Positions 12,090 through 27,607 of a DNA stretch of 64,000 nucleotides are shown here, one piece after another. The DNA lies in assembly GCA_951406725.2 (NCBI GenBank), contig OX597828.1:11718001-11782000 (forward strand), in the 5' to 3' direction. The notes beneath the pieces are model-generated. The model was not told where the DNA came from. It saw nothing but the letters and a program-made list of their open reading frames with translations, and did no database searches. Every line of letters starts with the position of its first letter. Positions within the stretch are counted from its first letter, which is position 1. The stretch comes from Octopus vulgaris. Taxonomy: Eukaryota. The translations under genes were made by a program, and so were the position numbers.

Positions 12090-12435
12090 TGTTCCAATAT
12101 TTCAAGATCACTGATGCGGTGCTTCCACTTAATGCCATAGATCCGTCTGAGACACATCTGATGGAAACGTTCATACTAATCATATCTGTCGGTCATGTGG
12201 AAGAGTGTGTAATTCGGCAGGAGGACTTAAACGACATGCAAATGTACATGAAGCCCAGTTACAACTATAGCCGGCTTTTACCGGTTAAGGTTTTAGTTGC
12301 CAATTCTTTACAAGCCATTGGAGATCTTTAGCTGGGCTCAAAAGTCACATTGGATCGCAGCATCAGTAACAGTTAAGCTTCGTGCAATGGCCATACTCGA
12401 TAACGGGAGGGGGCAGCCATAACAATAATAATAAT
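12090..12435 (+). mobile_element. RTE-type LINE 3' end with inverted 5' segment
   Basis: Plus ~12180-12365 encodes two C2H2-like fingers (CRSCGRVCNSAGGLKRHANVH and a degenerate ...SLAGLKSHIGSQH), then a UTR and (TAA)n tail. Minus 12090-12175 encodes ERFHQMCLRRIYGIKWKHRISDLEILE, an RTE post-RT motif. Confidence 0.7.
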
Positions 12436-12557
12436 GTATGTATGTATGTATGTATGTATGTATGTATGTATGTATGTACGTATGTTTGTATGTATGTGCA
12501 TATATGTACAGTAAAGCTGTAATTATGTAAATATTTGCTTATAACTATGCTTGTGAC

Positions 12558-12860
12558 ACTGAAGGCATGTGGCCTAGTGGTTAGGGTGTTCGGCTCACGA
12601 ACTTAAGTTAGGGGTTTCAGTTCTTGGACCGGGCGGCACGTTGTAACATTGAGCAAGGCACTGTATTTCACGCTGTTCTAATTTACTCGGTAGTTAATGA
12701 ACATTAACTGGGTGCTGGTGAAGCCCTCAATCCCAGAAGTGACATTCTCGAATTTCCTTTCGGATCGAGGTCTAGGAGTTCAGAGGTTTCCAATATCTGC
12801 TCACGATTAGACAGACATCTAGAACATTTTGTGAGAGCATGGTGTTTGTTATTCAACCAC
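12558..12860 (+). mobile_element. Old tRNA-derived SINE (family C-like head)
   Basis: GAAGGCATGTGGCCTAGTGGTTAGGGTGTTCGGCTCACGA...TTGAGCAAGGCACTGTATTTCAC. Confidence 0.6.
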
Positions 12861-13099
12861 ACTAGACTACGAGTGACAGCTGCTTATACAGTATTACGTG
12901 TGTGATAATATGTGTGTGTAAGATAAATTTGTTTAGCAAATTTCCGAACCAATACAAAATAATATCATAAAAGAAATTGTCGCGTTCGGTGGGATTAAAA
13001 AATTTGTCATATTTTAATTTTGAAATCGACAGAAGCAAAATTCCCTGTAGACTGTGATTTGTTATTCATCTACATTTGATGTAAATATATAAATGAATA

Positions 13100-13920
<821 letters not shown>

Positions 13921-14328
13921 ACACTGAAATAGTAATACCCCTTCTTACACCAGATTCTCATAAAAAAATAATTTTAACGTTGTTTAACCATGTTTAAACA
14001 CTGAGAAATGAAAATTTGCTTCTCTTATTCTTGTTGTGAAGTAGATGATGCAGTTTGCAATGGTGATATGCTAATTAGATTAACAGATTGGTTTGAGCAT
14101 CAGACAAAATGCCTGAGGATCTTTAGTTACTATCCTTTACGACCAGGATTCAAATCCTACCGAGATCGGTATAATATTTAATACTTCTAGAGTGGACGAA
14201 ATAAAGTATCAATCAAATAGTAGTGCACAGTTTTTTTCCTCCACTTTTCAAATTTCTGAATTCATGCCTCTCTTTCTCTCTTTACTTGTTTCAGTCATTT
14301 GACTGCGGCCATGCTGCAGCACCGCCTT

Positions 14329-14428
14329 NNNNNNNNNNNNNNNNNNNNNNNNNNNNNNNNNNNNNNNNNNNNNNNNNNNNNNNNNNNNNNNNNNNNNNNN
14401 NNNNNNNNNNNNNNNNNNNNNNNNNNNN
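14329..14428. other. Assembly gap (100 N)
   Basis: Run of exactly 100 N. Confidence 0.99.
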
Positions 14429-14974
14429 CTCTCTCTCTCGTTTTCTCTCTGTGCTGCTTCCTCTCCCGTTTCATCTTGTTGCCTTTGTGATGCTCTCATT
14501 CTTAGATAGTCTCTCCTTACTGCTACTTGCTCTTCTATTTCATCTTGGCGCTTTTGTACTGCTCTCTCTCTCTCTCCCTTTGAATACCTCTCCTTTGTGC
14601 AATTAGGTGCCTTTTCATTTTGACGTCTTCGAGCCTGTCTCCTTGTGTCTTGCTCTCGTCCTTCTAGTCTCATTTCGTGTGATTGATTTAATAACTTTAA
14701 TATACTGTTCAATCTTCTTGCGTTCAGTTCTTCCTGAGTGACACTGGCTGTTCTTCGCCTTGGTCTCTCTCTCTAGCTAACTGTCGCCTTCTGTCTGATT
14801 AATTCTCCAAAGCAGGTGGATGGGTATATTTAATACAACGGAACACAAACTTCAGAACAAATAAATGTATTTGTGTGTGCGTGTATGTGTGTGTGTATGT
14901 GTAAACGTTAGTTTTTTTTTATATTTCTATACGTAAGTATACTAGCTCAAAAATTACACAGGATTACATTAACG

Positions 14975-15418
14975 GGATCTTTTCGGTTTGAACGGCAGTT
15001 TTTTAAAAATAATTTCCACGTAACTAAACACTTTTAAACTTCGTATACTGGTAGAATGTGTTTATAAAACATCTTTTTCTCTTGGCTTTATTGAGAAAAT
15101 TCTATAGTTTGTAAGATATTTGTTGTTTGTTTTTCTTCAATTTCTGCAATTTCAATCAATCAAAGACATCTATTGAGGTGAAAACATTCTGTGCCGTATG
15201 AAAAATTCCCTCGTTTAAGAAACAGATTGGGTTTATTTACATTTCTGAAGAAAAAAGATACCCTTCCCCCACCCCTACCCCTAAACCTAACTAACCCTAA
15301 CTCTAACCCTAACCCTAAAATAGATTGAAATGCAATAGATCGATACTAGGATCATAATTATGGGTGACAATTTCATATGACACTGCGAGAAAAAACTGCC
15401 GTTCAAACCAAAAGATCC
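14975..15418. mobile_element. Telomeric-repeat-carrying MITE (duplicate of 3761-4205)
   Basis: Same TIRs, TSD and CCCTAA tract. Confidence 0.9.
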
Positions 15419-16476
15419 CTTTAACGGCATACACACAATGGCTTATTTTTTTCCAGCAACGTCTACACGTTCTCTATCTCTGTCTGTCTGTCTCTCTCTC
15501 TCTGACTCTCTCTCTCTGTCTCTCTCTCTCACTCTTTACCGCCTGAAACGGAAAAACATCTTGAAGACAAATTTCACCGCCTTGGCAAAATTCTTTATTC
15601 ATAAATGTTTACGAATATCACCGTATCAGCAATATTTGCAAATATTCGTAATTACCTTCCTTACATATTTAGCTTTCTTTAAACAGACAATATCATCAAG
15701 ATTTCTTTCAATAGACAATATTTCAATTTTATAACTTTAAAATTACTAATTTACTTATCTTATATTCTATTAACTTTGCAACTTTTTCAGCAGAAAAATC
15801 TTCCGGAACAGTCAAACACCCACAGAGATACAGAAAAAATAATTTTGAGGAGCAAAATCCTAATTTACTTATTGTTATCAATGTTTACCAGAAAAGAAAA
15901 TATGCGTTCATCGAATAAAAATGAAAATGTTGTTGAGAAAAAGAGAGGAAGAGTGAGAGAGTGAGAGAGAGAGAGAGAGAGAGAAAGAAAGAAAGAAAGA
16001 AAGAGAGTAACTGAGTGAAAAAGATAGAAAATGTAGATAGATGGAGAGAGAGGGTGAGAGAAAGAGAAAGGCAGCGTTCATCAATAAAGTGAAAAGGATT
16101 TTGTTGAGAGAGAGTGCGAGAGGCGCTGTTTCATACCATTTCCTCTCTCACTGTTATTACCATTTTGTCTCTTCTCTTTCTTTTTTTACTCTTACTTACA
16201 CTGCTGCTTCCTCATTGCGTGATTTTGGACAAACTTACAAACAATCATTAGATTATTATGATCGTCTAGCTGGAGATGTGGTTTTGGGGCGTTGTGAGTT
16301 TATGTTTAATTCACTTGCTTTAAAAGGCTCAATACTGTATTTTGCTCGTTAAATCGTTTTGCAAGCCAGATGCCCTGTGGCGGGCGGGATTGACGTTTGT
16401 TAACCAAAGCTCCATTTTGGGGGTGATACAAACCTTTTTGTTTTCAAATTTCTTCGAAAATTTGCTTCGAAGAAAA

Positions 16477-18258
16477 TAAATATTGAAGATGGTGACAAAA
16501 AGCAAGAGTGAAGAAAGGCGGTGGTATGGCAATTTGCACAAAGACTTCCCCCTCCTCCCCACCATGATTGGCAGAAGACAGCAGGAAGAAAAGAAGGAAG
16601 AAGAAGTGAAGAATCAAGAAAAGAAGGAAGAAGAAGTGAAGAATCAAGAAAAGAAGAAAGAAGGCGAGAGGAAGGAAAGAGTAAAGTCTTCCTCACTTCA
16701 TGGGAATTATAATAGCAAGCAAAACAACATTGAAACCAGCGGCGGTGAAGCAGCTAACAAAAGTAGAGTTGACAGCGAGAAAGAGATTTTTGAAAATATC
16801 ACGGCAGGTAAGGAATGGGTTAGCATCCCATAGGAGAACAAAATGGAAAAACTAGACAAAGCAGCAAAATTTACGAAAATGAATGGAAGGAGGGCAGAAT
16901 TGACTCCTCCAAGCGACGTGCTCGAGGCAACAGCCAAACGAAATGTCGTCTGCAGGTGTGTAAACACAAAGACAGGAATCTTGAAAATGCTAAACGCGAC
17001 CAGGTGAAAAAGCTTCGAAAGATATATAGCAAGATATCCACCACAATGCGAGAGCGAATCAGTACAGCGGAGTAGAGGTCCTTTTTGAGGCCGAGGAGCA
17101 GGCGATAAAGAACTCGGTGACCACGTGTAGCACCGAGGAAATCGCCCTCTTCCCAAGAAGAGTAGTACGAATCACAGTACCTGGAGTTCCACCAGTCTTG
17201 GATCTATGGTGGATTCTCGTTGTATTTGTAGGGACGGCGGGCAGAATCTCCTGGACGTTAAAAGATCGAGGAGGGAGAATTGGGTTGGGACTACCGTGGA
17301 GGTTCTTCTCCACGTGAAGTCAGAGCAGTTTGAGAAACTCTCAGACCTGATTTCCCTCTCGAGTGGAGTAGAACTAAAGGTGAACGTGGAGGGCAGAAGG
17401 CCGAGGTGCTATGGTTGTGGTTCAACGGCCTACTTATGGTTTCCACTGCCCACAGAACCAGAACAGAATGGCAGAAATAAATGTCCAAACTAAAGCACCA
17501 CAACCCATGAGTCGACAAAAGCAAGAACAGCAAGCAACAACAACAACAGAAAGGCATGGGAATAAAAATAGAAATTGAACTCAAGGAGACAAAGCAGGCA
17601 GGTGCTACAGTAAAGTAGGAGTAGCACTAGCAGCAGAGGCGGAAGCTACAGTAGCAGCAGCAACAGCAACAACTACAAGAGAACCAGATCAAACAACACG
17701 AGAAGAAAACGTACAAGACACGGACTCCTCCACGCATCCAAGTGATGATGAGGGGGAAGTCCAAAATGTAAAAAAAGAGAGAAAAACAAACAAACATTTA
17801 AGGGACGGCAAACACAGACACACTGATGACAACAGCAGCACTGCAAACACCACAATCGCCAACACCATCACAAGCACCTACAACAGCATCAAAAACACAA
17901 CAAACCGTAAAATGAAAAATGTCACTACAACAACAACAACAACCATCCGTGCAGCAGTAGAATTTCGTTCCAGTGAGGAGGGCCAAAGAAAAGCTGATGG
18001 CCCTCACAGCGCGAAACGAGAACATTGAAACAGAGAGAGTGATATGAAGCCCAAACACTTTTAGAGTACCGGGGAACCTAATGATAGTGCGAATGACATT
18101 AGCGGCTTGTAGGAACATTAAGCGAAGCTACCCGTATGACACTGGATCTCCCAATGTAACGGCCAACAAAAGGCTGTTAAGGGGGTTCCCAGAGGAACCC
18201 AACAAAACAGACAGGGTGGGAGAAGCATTCGACCACAAACAGCTTCAGGAGGGTAAGT
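16477..18258 (+). pseudogene. Duplicate of the degenerate ORF1 (gag-like) element
   Basis: Same as 5260-7040, with an extra frameshift inside the zinc knuckle. Confidence 0.65.
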
Positions 18259-18391
18259 GACACACCCTTTTTTCATTCCTTACTTCCTGTCCAGAATGGT
18301 GGTTGAAGATGAGCCTACAATATACATGTTAACACTTCCAATCAGTTAAGATCAGAAGGCATGAGAACCACAACACGGCACTGTATGAGGG

Positions 18392-18442
<51 letters not shown>

Positions 18443-18499
18443 CATCATCATCATCATCACCATCATCACCATCATCACCATCACCATCATCACCATCAC

Positions 18500-18531
<32 letters not shown>

Positions 18532-18735
18532 ACATCATTATACAAGGTGGTGAGCTGGCAGAACCGTTAGCACACCGGGCAAAATGCCATGCGGCCTTTT
18601 GTCCGATTTTACGTCCTGAGTTCAAATTCTGCTGAGATCGACTTTGCCGTTCATCCTTTCGAGGTCGATAAAATAAGTACCAGTTGAACACTGGGGTCGG
18701 TGTAAACGACTCATCCCCACCCGGCAATTTGAAAC

Positions 18736-18771
<36 letters not shown>

Positions 18772-19647
18772 AAAGACGGCAAACTCGTAGAATTGCTCAG
18801 CATCATTTCATTCAGAGTTCAAGTGCCGCTGGGGTCAACATTACCTTCATCTTTCCGGGATCGATAAAATAAGTACCAGTCGAGCGCTAGGGTCGATATA
18901 ATAGACTAGCTCATTCCCACTCCACACGCACAACCACCACCACCAAATTTCAAGTCTTGTGTCTATAGTAGAAAGAATTATTAAGGCAGGGAAATAGCAG
19001 GATCGTTAACGTGATGGACAAATTGCTTAACGGTATTTTATCCGTCTTAAGGCGGCGAGATGGCATAATCGTTAGGACGCCGGGCGAAATGCTTAGCGGT
19101 ATTTTCATCTGTCTTTACGTTCTGAGTTCAAACTCCGCCGAGGTCGACTTTGCCTTTCATCCTTTCGGGGTCGATAAATTAATTACCAGTTACGCACTGG
19201 GGTCGATATAATCGACTTAATTCGTTTGTCTGTCCTGGTTTGTTCTCTCTGTGCTTAGCCCCTTGTGGGTAGTAAAGAAATAGGTATTTTATGCGTCTTT
19301 ACATTCCGTGTTCGAATGCCGCCGCGGACGACTTTGCATTTCATCCTTCAGCTGACTATAAAATTAGTGTCAGTTGTGTACTGGAGTCAGTGTAATCGAA
19401 TTTCGCCTGCCCCACAAAACTGATGGCTCGTCCCCACCAAATTAGGAAGAACTATTATTTTTCTTATTATTCCCTTGGCTTTCAGGTTGCTTTACACAAG
19501 AATGCAACAAACTTTAGTACGTAGCTTCTGCCCGCTATTCAATTTTAACTGCCAATTTGCCAGTTCTCTCTCTCTCTCTCCCCCTCTCTCTTCTCTCTGT
19601 ATCTCACCCCCAATTTTCCCTTCCTCTCTTTCTCTTTTCTCCATCTT

Positions 19648-19692
<45 letters not shown>

Positions 19693-20334
19693 CTCTTTAT
19701 GAATGACTACTAAATCGTTGGCAGCGAAGAAGAATACTTATTTCAATGGACTGTACATGAAACATTAGATTGTTATTAAAATCTAGACAACACCATAAAG
19801 ACTAAACAATTGAAATATCCAAGTAAACTTCGAGACAAAACGATCAAAGACCACAAGATTCGCTCATAAGAATTCAATGTCAGTATTCTGTTAACGGAAT
19901 TGTATATTATTAGTGGACTTCTTATTAAGACTGTCACTGATCCTTAGTGTAAAGACTTGATGCATCATTTAGTTGAAGAAGTGAAGACGATGAGAAGGTG
20001 TAGATTGTTCAAACATTAAGTTCTGTATTACCATAACAATACATCAGTTCACAAGTCCTTTGTTTTCCATTGAGATGTCGACAAACTGACTTTCAACCTT
20101 TCAGTGTTCAGTATTCAGATATTATAACACGCGTAGCAAGCTCTCTTTCTTTCTCGTTTTCTCTCTTTCATATACGTATCTATGTATGTTTGTGTGAGAG
20201 TTTCTCTCTCTGTCTCTGTCTCTGACTCTGTCTCTCTCTTTCTCAATATATAAGTATATAGTCTTATACGATATATATAGATATTATATGTCTATTACAT
20301 GATATATATTATATGTCTATTACATGATATAGAG

Positions 20335-20388
<54 letters not shown>

Positions 20389-20554
20389 GTAGGTAGATAA
20401 ATAGAGAGAAAAAGAGTAAGAGAGAAAGAGAGTGAAAGAAAGACAAGGATATATTCATACATATATTAATCTAGAAGACAATAAGGCATCCCGTGGGAAA
20501 GAATTAGTGTTTGCAAATGTCTTATATCATTCATATTTAAATCCTCAGAGTTGA

Positions 20555-20602
<48 letters not shown>

Positions 20603-20755
20603 CGCGTGTCTGTGTGCGTATATCTGCGCGCGCATATGTATCTGTGTGTGTGTATGTGTGTGTGTGTGTGTGTGTGCGTGTGTGTGCGCATGTACATCCA
20701 TACGTATATTTATATAGATTCATATGTGCTCGTTTTATGCTTACAGACAAACGTT

Positions 20756-20858
<103 letters not shown>

Positions 20859-20901
20859 GTATATATATATATATACATATGTATATATATATATACATAT
20901 G

Positions 20902-20970
<69 letters not shown>

Positions 20971-20973
20971 GTA

Positions 20974-21092
<119 letters not shown>

Positions 21093-21446
21093 CACAGATG
21101 TATACGCACACACAGGTGCGCGCACGCAAACATATACTCTAAAGAATCCAGCTTGCACAAATACTTATTCGGTTATTCATGCTAAAACACTTGGCTACAC
21201 ACAAATGAAATCAGAATCCTGACACAAACACAATAACACAAACAGAAATACTCGCACATGCGCAAACGTTTCTAAGATTATGTTCATATACAGATACGCT
21301 TATATGTCTATTTGTATGTAAGGTCTTCTGATTTGTTTTCCAAACATATTTTCTGATCTAAATTTTAACCTTTCACCAATTGAGAAAAGAGTCGGTTTCT
21401 AATCCAGAATAAAGTTCTTTTATTCGAATTTATATATATATATATA

Positions 21447-21531
21447 TAGCTCAGTCAGTAGAGCATCAGACTTTTATAGGTCAACTTGACAAGTAATCTG
21501 AGGGTCGTGGGTTCGAGTCCCTCTGTGGGCA
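21447..21531 (+). tRNA. tRNA-Lys(TTT) intron-containing pseudogene (duplicate)
   Basis: Identical to 10321-10405. Confidence 0.85.
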
Positions 21532-21708
21532 TAGACCATTTTATAGTCGCAGGAGTGGCTGTGTGGTAGGTAGCTTGCTTACCAACCACATGGTTCCGGG
21601 TTCAGTCCCACTGCATGGCACCTTGGGCAAGTGTCTTCTACTATAGCCTCGGGCCGACCAAAGCCCTGTGAGTGGATTTGGTAGACGGAAACTGGAAGAA
21701 GTCCATTG

Positions 21709-21753
<45 letters not shown>

Positions 21754-22414
21754 GAAAGGCAAAGTCGACCTCGGTGAAATTCGAACTCAGAACGTAAAGA
21801 CGGACGAAATGCCGCTAAGTATTTTTCCTGACGCACTAACGATTCTGCCAGCTTGTCGCCTTAATGATAGCTAATATCATCGGTTACTTAAAGGCGGCCA
21901 GCTGGCAGAATCGTTATCACACCGAGCAAAATACTTAGCGGCATTCCGTCCGTTTTTAGGTTCTGAGTTCAAATTCCGCTGTGATCGACTTTGCATCTTA
22001 CCTTCTCAAAGTCGATAAAATAAGTACCAGTTGAGCACTGGGTTTCACCCCAACTCCGAACTTGCTGGCCGTTTGCCAAAGTTTGAAATCTATGTTATCG
22101 GTTGCTAAGTCCAAGACAGATTTCGCTCATTGTTTATGTTAGTGTCACAAGTTTTCTAGCAGGATAGCTATATATTGTTCTGTTGTCGTACAGCTACGCT
22201 TCATTCCTGCTTTGTGGGTCTCTGGTGACAAATTAGAGAATATTTTTTGAGGTACTCTTTTCCAACTCCCATTACGTGAGTTGTTTCCACAATGCAAACA
22301 TGAATCCACACTACAATTGGTAATCGTTATATGCAGTGGAACGGATATGATGCAATACTTGTTTACTTATGCATGCATGTATTTTCGTGTGTATGTATAT
22401 CTCTTCTATTTTTT

Positions 22415-23560
22415 AAATTCTTAAAATAAATCTTCCACTGAGGCGGAAGCCGGTTTCCAAGATACAAGGATCCAGCTTTGCGATGTAAGTAATACAGACA
22501 AATACACATTTGGAAATTGAGAAAAGTCTTGAATATTTTCACTGTTCCACTCACAGATTGCACTTGTAATGTACGAATTAGCCGGTCGATTTCTCTTTCT
22601 TAAAATACCAGTTTAATCAGATTTTCCTTTAAGCATTTACTAACAAAACCTAGTGCTCCAATTATTTTTGGTATGAATATGAATTCATGGTCTGGACATA
22701 GAAGCTGGAGGTTTCGAAGCAGCTGTCCATAGATATCCTCCTTTCTTTGCTGTTTAAAAAGATATTTATAACTGCAGGGCAACTGACCTCTATGATGATA
22801 CATACATTTGCCCTTTTGTCCCACACAACAATATCCGGCCTGTTATGTTTACATTTGAGAGAGGTTTTGATGGGAATATTCCACCAGTATTACTCGAGTT
22901 GGTGTTTATGAATGTATTCAATACTAGAGGGATCTTCTAAGTTTCTTTCAGGACAATTTTTGCGGATGGCATTGTAAATTGTTTTAGCAACAACATCGTG
23001 CTGCATAGGGAGTTTACGACATTTTAGGACAGCTGCTAATCATATGCGTGATGTCTTACACAGAAAAATGACATAACCTACACATGCGGTTGCACCTTGG
23101 GATTACAAGAGCGTCACTGACTCTCTTGTTCACCAGGTACTTTGTGGCAATCTCCTGTTCCTGGATTGCAAACGAATAACCTTCAAAGTGTATGTATGTA
23201 TGTATGTATGTATGTTCCAATATTTCAAGATCACTGATGCGGTGCTTCCACTTAATGCCATAGATCCGTCTGAGACACATCTGATGGAAACGTTCATACT
23301 AATCATATCTGTCGGTCATGTGGAAGAGTGTGTAATTCGGCAGGAGGACTTAAACGACATGCAAATGTACATGAAGCCCAGTTACAGCTATAGCCGGCTT
23401 TTACCGGTTAAGGTTTTAGTTGCCAATTCTTTACAAGCCATTGGAGATCTTTAGCTGGGCTCAAAAGTCACATTGGATCGCAGCATCAGTAACAGTTAAG
23501 CTTCGTGCAATGGCCATACTCGATAACGGGAGGGGGGCAGCCATAACAATAATAATAATG
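22415..23560. mobile_element. Duplicates of the R4-like remnant (minus) and the inverted RTE 3' end
   Basis: Same motifs as 11290-12435. Confidence 0.8.
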
Positions 23561-24224
23561 TATGTATGTATGTATGTATGTATGTATGTATGTATGTATG
23601 TACGTATGTTTGTATGTATGTGCATATATGTACAGTAAAGCTGTAATTATGTAAATATTTGCTTATAACTATGCTTGTGACACTGAAGGCATGTGGCCTA
23701 GTGGTTAGGGTGTTCGGCTCACGAACTTAAGTTAGGGGTTTCAGTTCTTGGACCGGGCGGCACGTTGTAACATTGAGCAAGGCACTGTATTTCACGCTGT
23801 TCTAATTTACTCGGTAGTTAATGAACATTAACTGGGTGCTGGTGAAGCCCTCAATCCCAGAAGTGACATTCTCGAATTTCCTTTCGGATCGAGGTCTAGG
23901 AGTTCAGAGGTTTCCAATATCTGCTCACGATTAGACAGACATCTAGAACATTTTGTGAGAGCATGGTGTTTGTTATTCAACCACACTAGACTACGAGTGA
24001 CAGCTGCTTATACAGTATTACGTGTGTGATAATATGTGTGTGTAAGATAAATTTGTTTAGCAAATTTCCGAACCAATACAAAATAATATCATAAAAGAAA
24101 TTGTCGCGTTCGGTGGGATTAAAAAATTTGTCATATTTTAATTTTGAAATCGACAGAAGCAAAATTCCCTGTAGACTGTGATTTGTTATTCATCTACATT
24201 TGATGTAAATATATAAATGAATAA

Positions 24225-24370
<146 letters not shown>

Positions 24371-24730
24371 TCAAATATATAATATATTTACATAGTATGT
24401 TTATATATTGTTTCTACGTCAAATTACCGATGTATTTATATTAAGCACTATTTTTATGTATTAGGTATTTATATATTTACATCAGTCATGCATTTATTTA
24501 TGTATGTCAAATATATATGCGTAATTTAAATATTTAAATTAAATATATTTATCATATTTTTTATGTATATTTTTTTGGCAACAAATATATTTGTATTTTA
24601 TTCATATATTTACAACTAATAATATACTTATGTTTCATTTAATTATATATCAATCTCAAATATATTTATATCATTATTTATTTACGTATTCACATCAAAT
24701 ATATATATATTGTCTGCGTATATGTTTGCA

Positions 24731-24779
<49 letters not shown>

Positions 24780-24797
24780 TGTTATTCAACCATACTT

Positions 24798-24856
<59 letters not shown>

Positions 24857-24857
24857 T

Positions 24858-24898
<41 letters not shown>

Positions 24899-25392
24899 CA
24901 TATATATATTGATACACGTATATAAAACATACATTGATACATTTACATAAAATATATAAGTATATTATTTATTTAATATATTTACCTCAAATATATATTA
25001 TTATTTATTTACATCAAATATTCAGTAATAAACACTGAAATAGTAATACCCCTTCTTACACCAGATTCTCATAAAAAAATAATTTTAACGTTGTTTAACC
25101 ATGTTTAAACACTGAGAAATGAAAATTTGCTTCTCTTATTCTTGTTGTGAAGTAGATGATGCAGTTTGCAATGGTGATATGCTAATTAGATTAACAGATT
25201 GGTTTGAGCATCAGACAAAATGCCTGAGGATCTTTAGTTACTATCCTTTACGACCAGGATTCAAATCCTACCGAGATCGGTATAATATTTAATACTTCTA
25301 GAGTGGACGAAATAAAGTATCAATCAAATAGTAGTGCACAGTTTTTTTCCTCCACTTTTCAAATTTCTGAATTCATGCCTCTCTTTCTCTCT

Positions 25393-25476
25393 TTACTTGT
25401 TTCAGTCATTTGACTGCGGCCATGCTGCAGCACCGCCTTTAGTCGAGCAAATCGACCCCAGGACTTATTCTTTGTA
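25393..25476 (-). mobile_element. SINE family B 3' tail fragment
   Basis: TTTACTTGTTTCAGTCATTTGACTGCGGCCATGCTGCAGCACCGCCTTTAGTCGAGCAAATCGACCCCAGG. Confidence 0.85.
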
Positions 25477-25774
25477 AAAATATTTGAAATCGTAATATCT
25501 AATGTGTTCCGTTTAATTTTCTATTTTTAAGACAGAGTAGTGTGATCTTGGAAAAGAAATCGATCCACCATTTAGAGCCTCTCTCAATGATTCGAGTTTG
25601 GTGCTGTTGACAAGGATAGGGGTTAGGCTGGAGTGAGTTGATAAGAAGCGTGGACTTAGTAAATAGTGTTAATAGAGATATTTGTGACAGATTCTAATTT
25701 GAGTGTCTTTGCTATAAATTAGGAGAGTTAATTTAGCATAGGATTAAGCATAACAATTATTTTGCACATAAGTG

Positions 25775-26805
25775 TAAGGACAAATATTTTGAAGGAGTTC
25801 AGGCAATTACATGACCCAAGGGCTTGACAGGTGTTTTATTTTATCAGCCTTAGGAAAATATGAAAGGAAAGTTGACCTTGGCGGGATTTGAACATTTGAC
25901 GAAAAGGATCGAAACAAATACCTGTAAGTAATGTTTTCTGTTATTCTAAAGATTTGGCCAATCCCTGACTTTTATGATTGAGTGTAATAATCCTTTCTAA
26001 GACCTGAAATTGGAGGTGGGGATTAAATCGACCCCAGTTCTCAACTGATACTTGCTTTATCCACTCCAATAGGATGAAAGGCAAAGTCGACCTCGGCCGA
26101 TCAGAACTCAGGACGTAAAAACGGACGAAATGCTGCTAAACAGTTTATCCGGTGTGCTAACGATTCCACCAGTTCACCGCCTTATGGTTAAGAGTGACAA
26201 TTTATAGGCACAAGGCCTGGAATTTCGAAGGAGGGACTAGTCGATTACACTGACTCCTCTCCATCACCAGTGTTTAACTGGTACTTAGTTTATCGGCCTC
26301 GAAAGGATGAAAGGCACAGTCGACTTCGGTGGAATTCTAACTCAGAAGGTAAAACTTGATGGAACACTGCTAAGCATTTTGTCACAACGATTCTGCCAGA
26401 TCACCGCTTTATGATTAAGTGTAATAATAATCATTTGTTTAGGTACAAAGCCAGCATCTCCGAGAGGAGGCATTAGCTGATATCACGAAAGCTAGTATTT
26501 AGATCGATACTATATTTTATTATCGACTTCTGAGGAATGATAAGCGCATTTGAATACGGTGGGATTGATTTTCAGAAATAGTCGGAATGGTTTCCGATTT
26601 AGGCACAAAGACAGAAATTCTAAGAGATGGGGTTTAGTATATACACTCAAATTGATACTTTATTTTATTGATTCTGAAGAGGTGAAGGGCTAAGTTGACC
26701 TTACGAGGATTTGAAATCAGTATGTAAAGAATTGGAACTAATAGCAAAGCATTTTTATACGATGTTCTAATTATTCTGCCAAGCTCGCCGCATTGATTAA
26801 ATGTA
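25775..26805 (-). mobile_element. Head-to-tail array of five SINE family A-related copies
   Basis: Five successive ~200-bp units with ACTGGTACTT.TTTTATCGAC...AAAGTCGACCTCGG..GATT; units are separated by a recurring TGATTRAGTGTAA-like spacer. Confidence 0.75.
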
Positions 26806-27607
26806 ACGCCTTGAAATTGTGTAATAATGTAAACTGTGTTTTGCATTATCATTTATTTAACAACGTGTTCGTCTGTTCTATGGAGAATAAACTTTTTTAA
26901 AAAATCATTTATACATCCACTTCCACAAATATGACATCGAAAGAAACTATACTTAATCATATGTCTGAAATGAACGCTTGGATATATAAATTTAATATTT
27001 CTTCACACATCTACAGACATACATATGTGTATGTGCGTGTGTGTACGAAAAACCGATAATATATTTCCAAGATTTAACAAACTTTACTGTGATAGACTAG
27101 TATGTTAGTATGTGGAGATAATTATCTCTGTAATTGAATGAATAATAAATAATGTCAATATAATTTCTTAGACAATTTTTTAAATATTGGTCGGCAGAGA
27201 GTGTATCTGTTGAAAACAAATTCAGATATTTTTATGTACATCTTAACTAGATGAATAATTACATGGTTCGCTTCAAAGCTCACTCAACCACATTGAAACT
27301 CGACAACATCGAAATTGTGATACTTTGCTTGTAAAGGTGTCCTGTTCTAATCTTCGGCTTTTGTGCACAAAATCTATCGTAAACAAGACTATTTTTTAAA
27401 TTGTTCTATAGAATTTCTTTTTCTCCTGCTTCCCCAGAATATAGCTAAATATATCTTATTTCTCTAAGAGCTGAAACCAAATTCTCGTCGTCTCAAGATA
27501 AATGCTAGAGTAAACATATCATATATAACTATTTGTATGAATGTCTGAGTAAAATATAAGTTTAAAACTCTTAAATTAAAATTATATTATAATATGAGAC
27601 TTGTTTC

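Noticed and set aside
25775-26805. Repeat-spacer periodicity suggestive of a CRISPR array
   Set aside because: The units are ~200-bp SINE bodies in eukaryotic DNA, and there are no cas genes.
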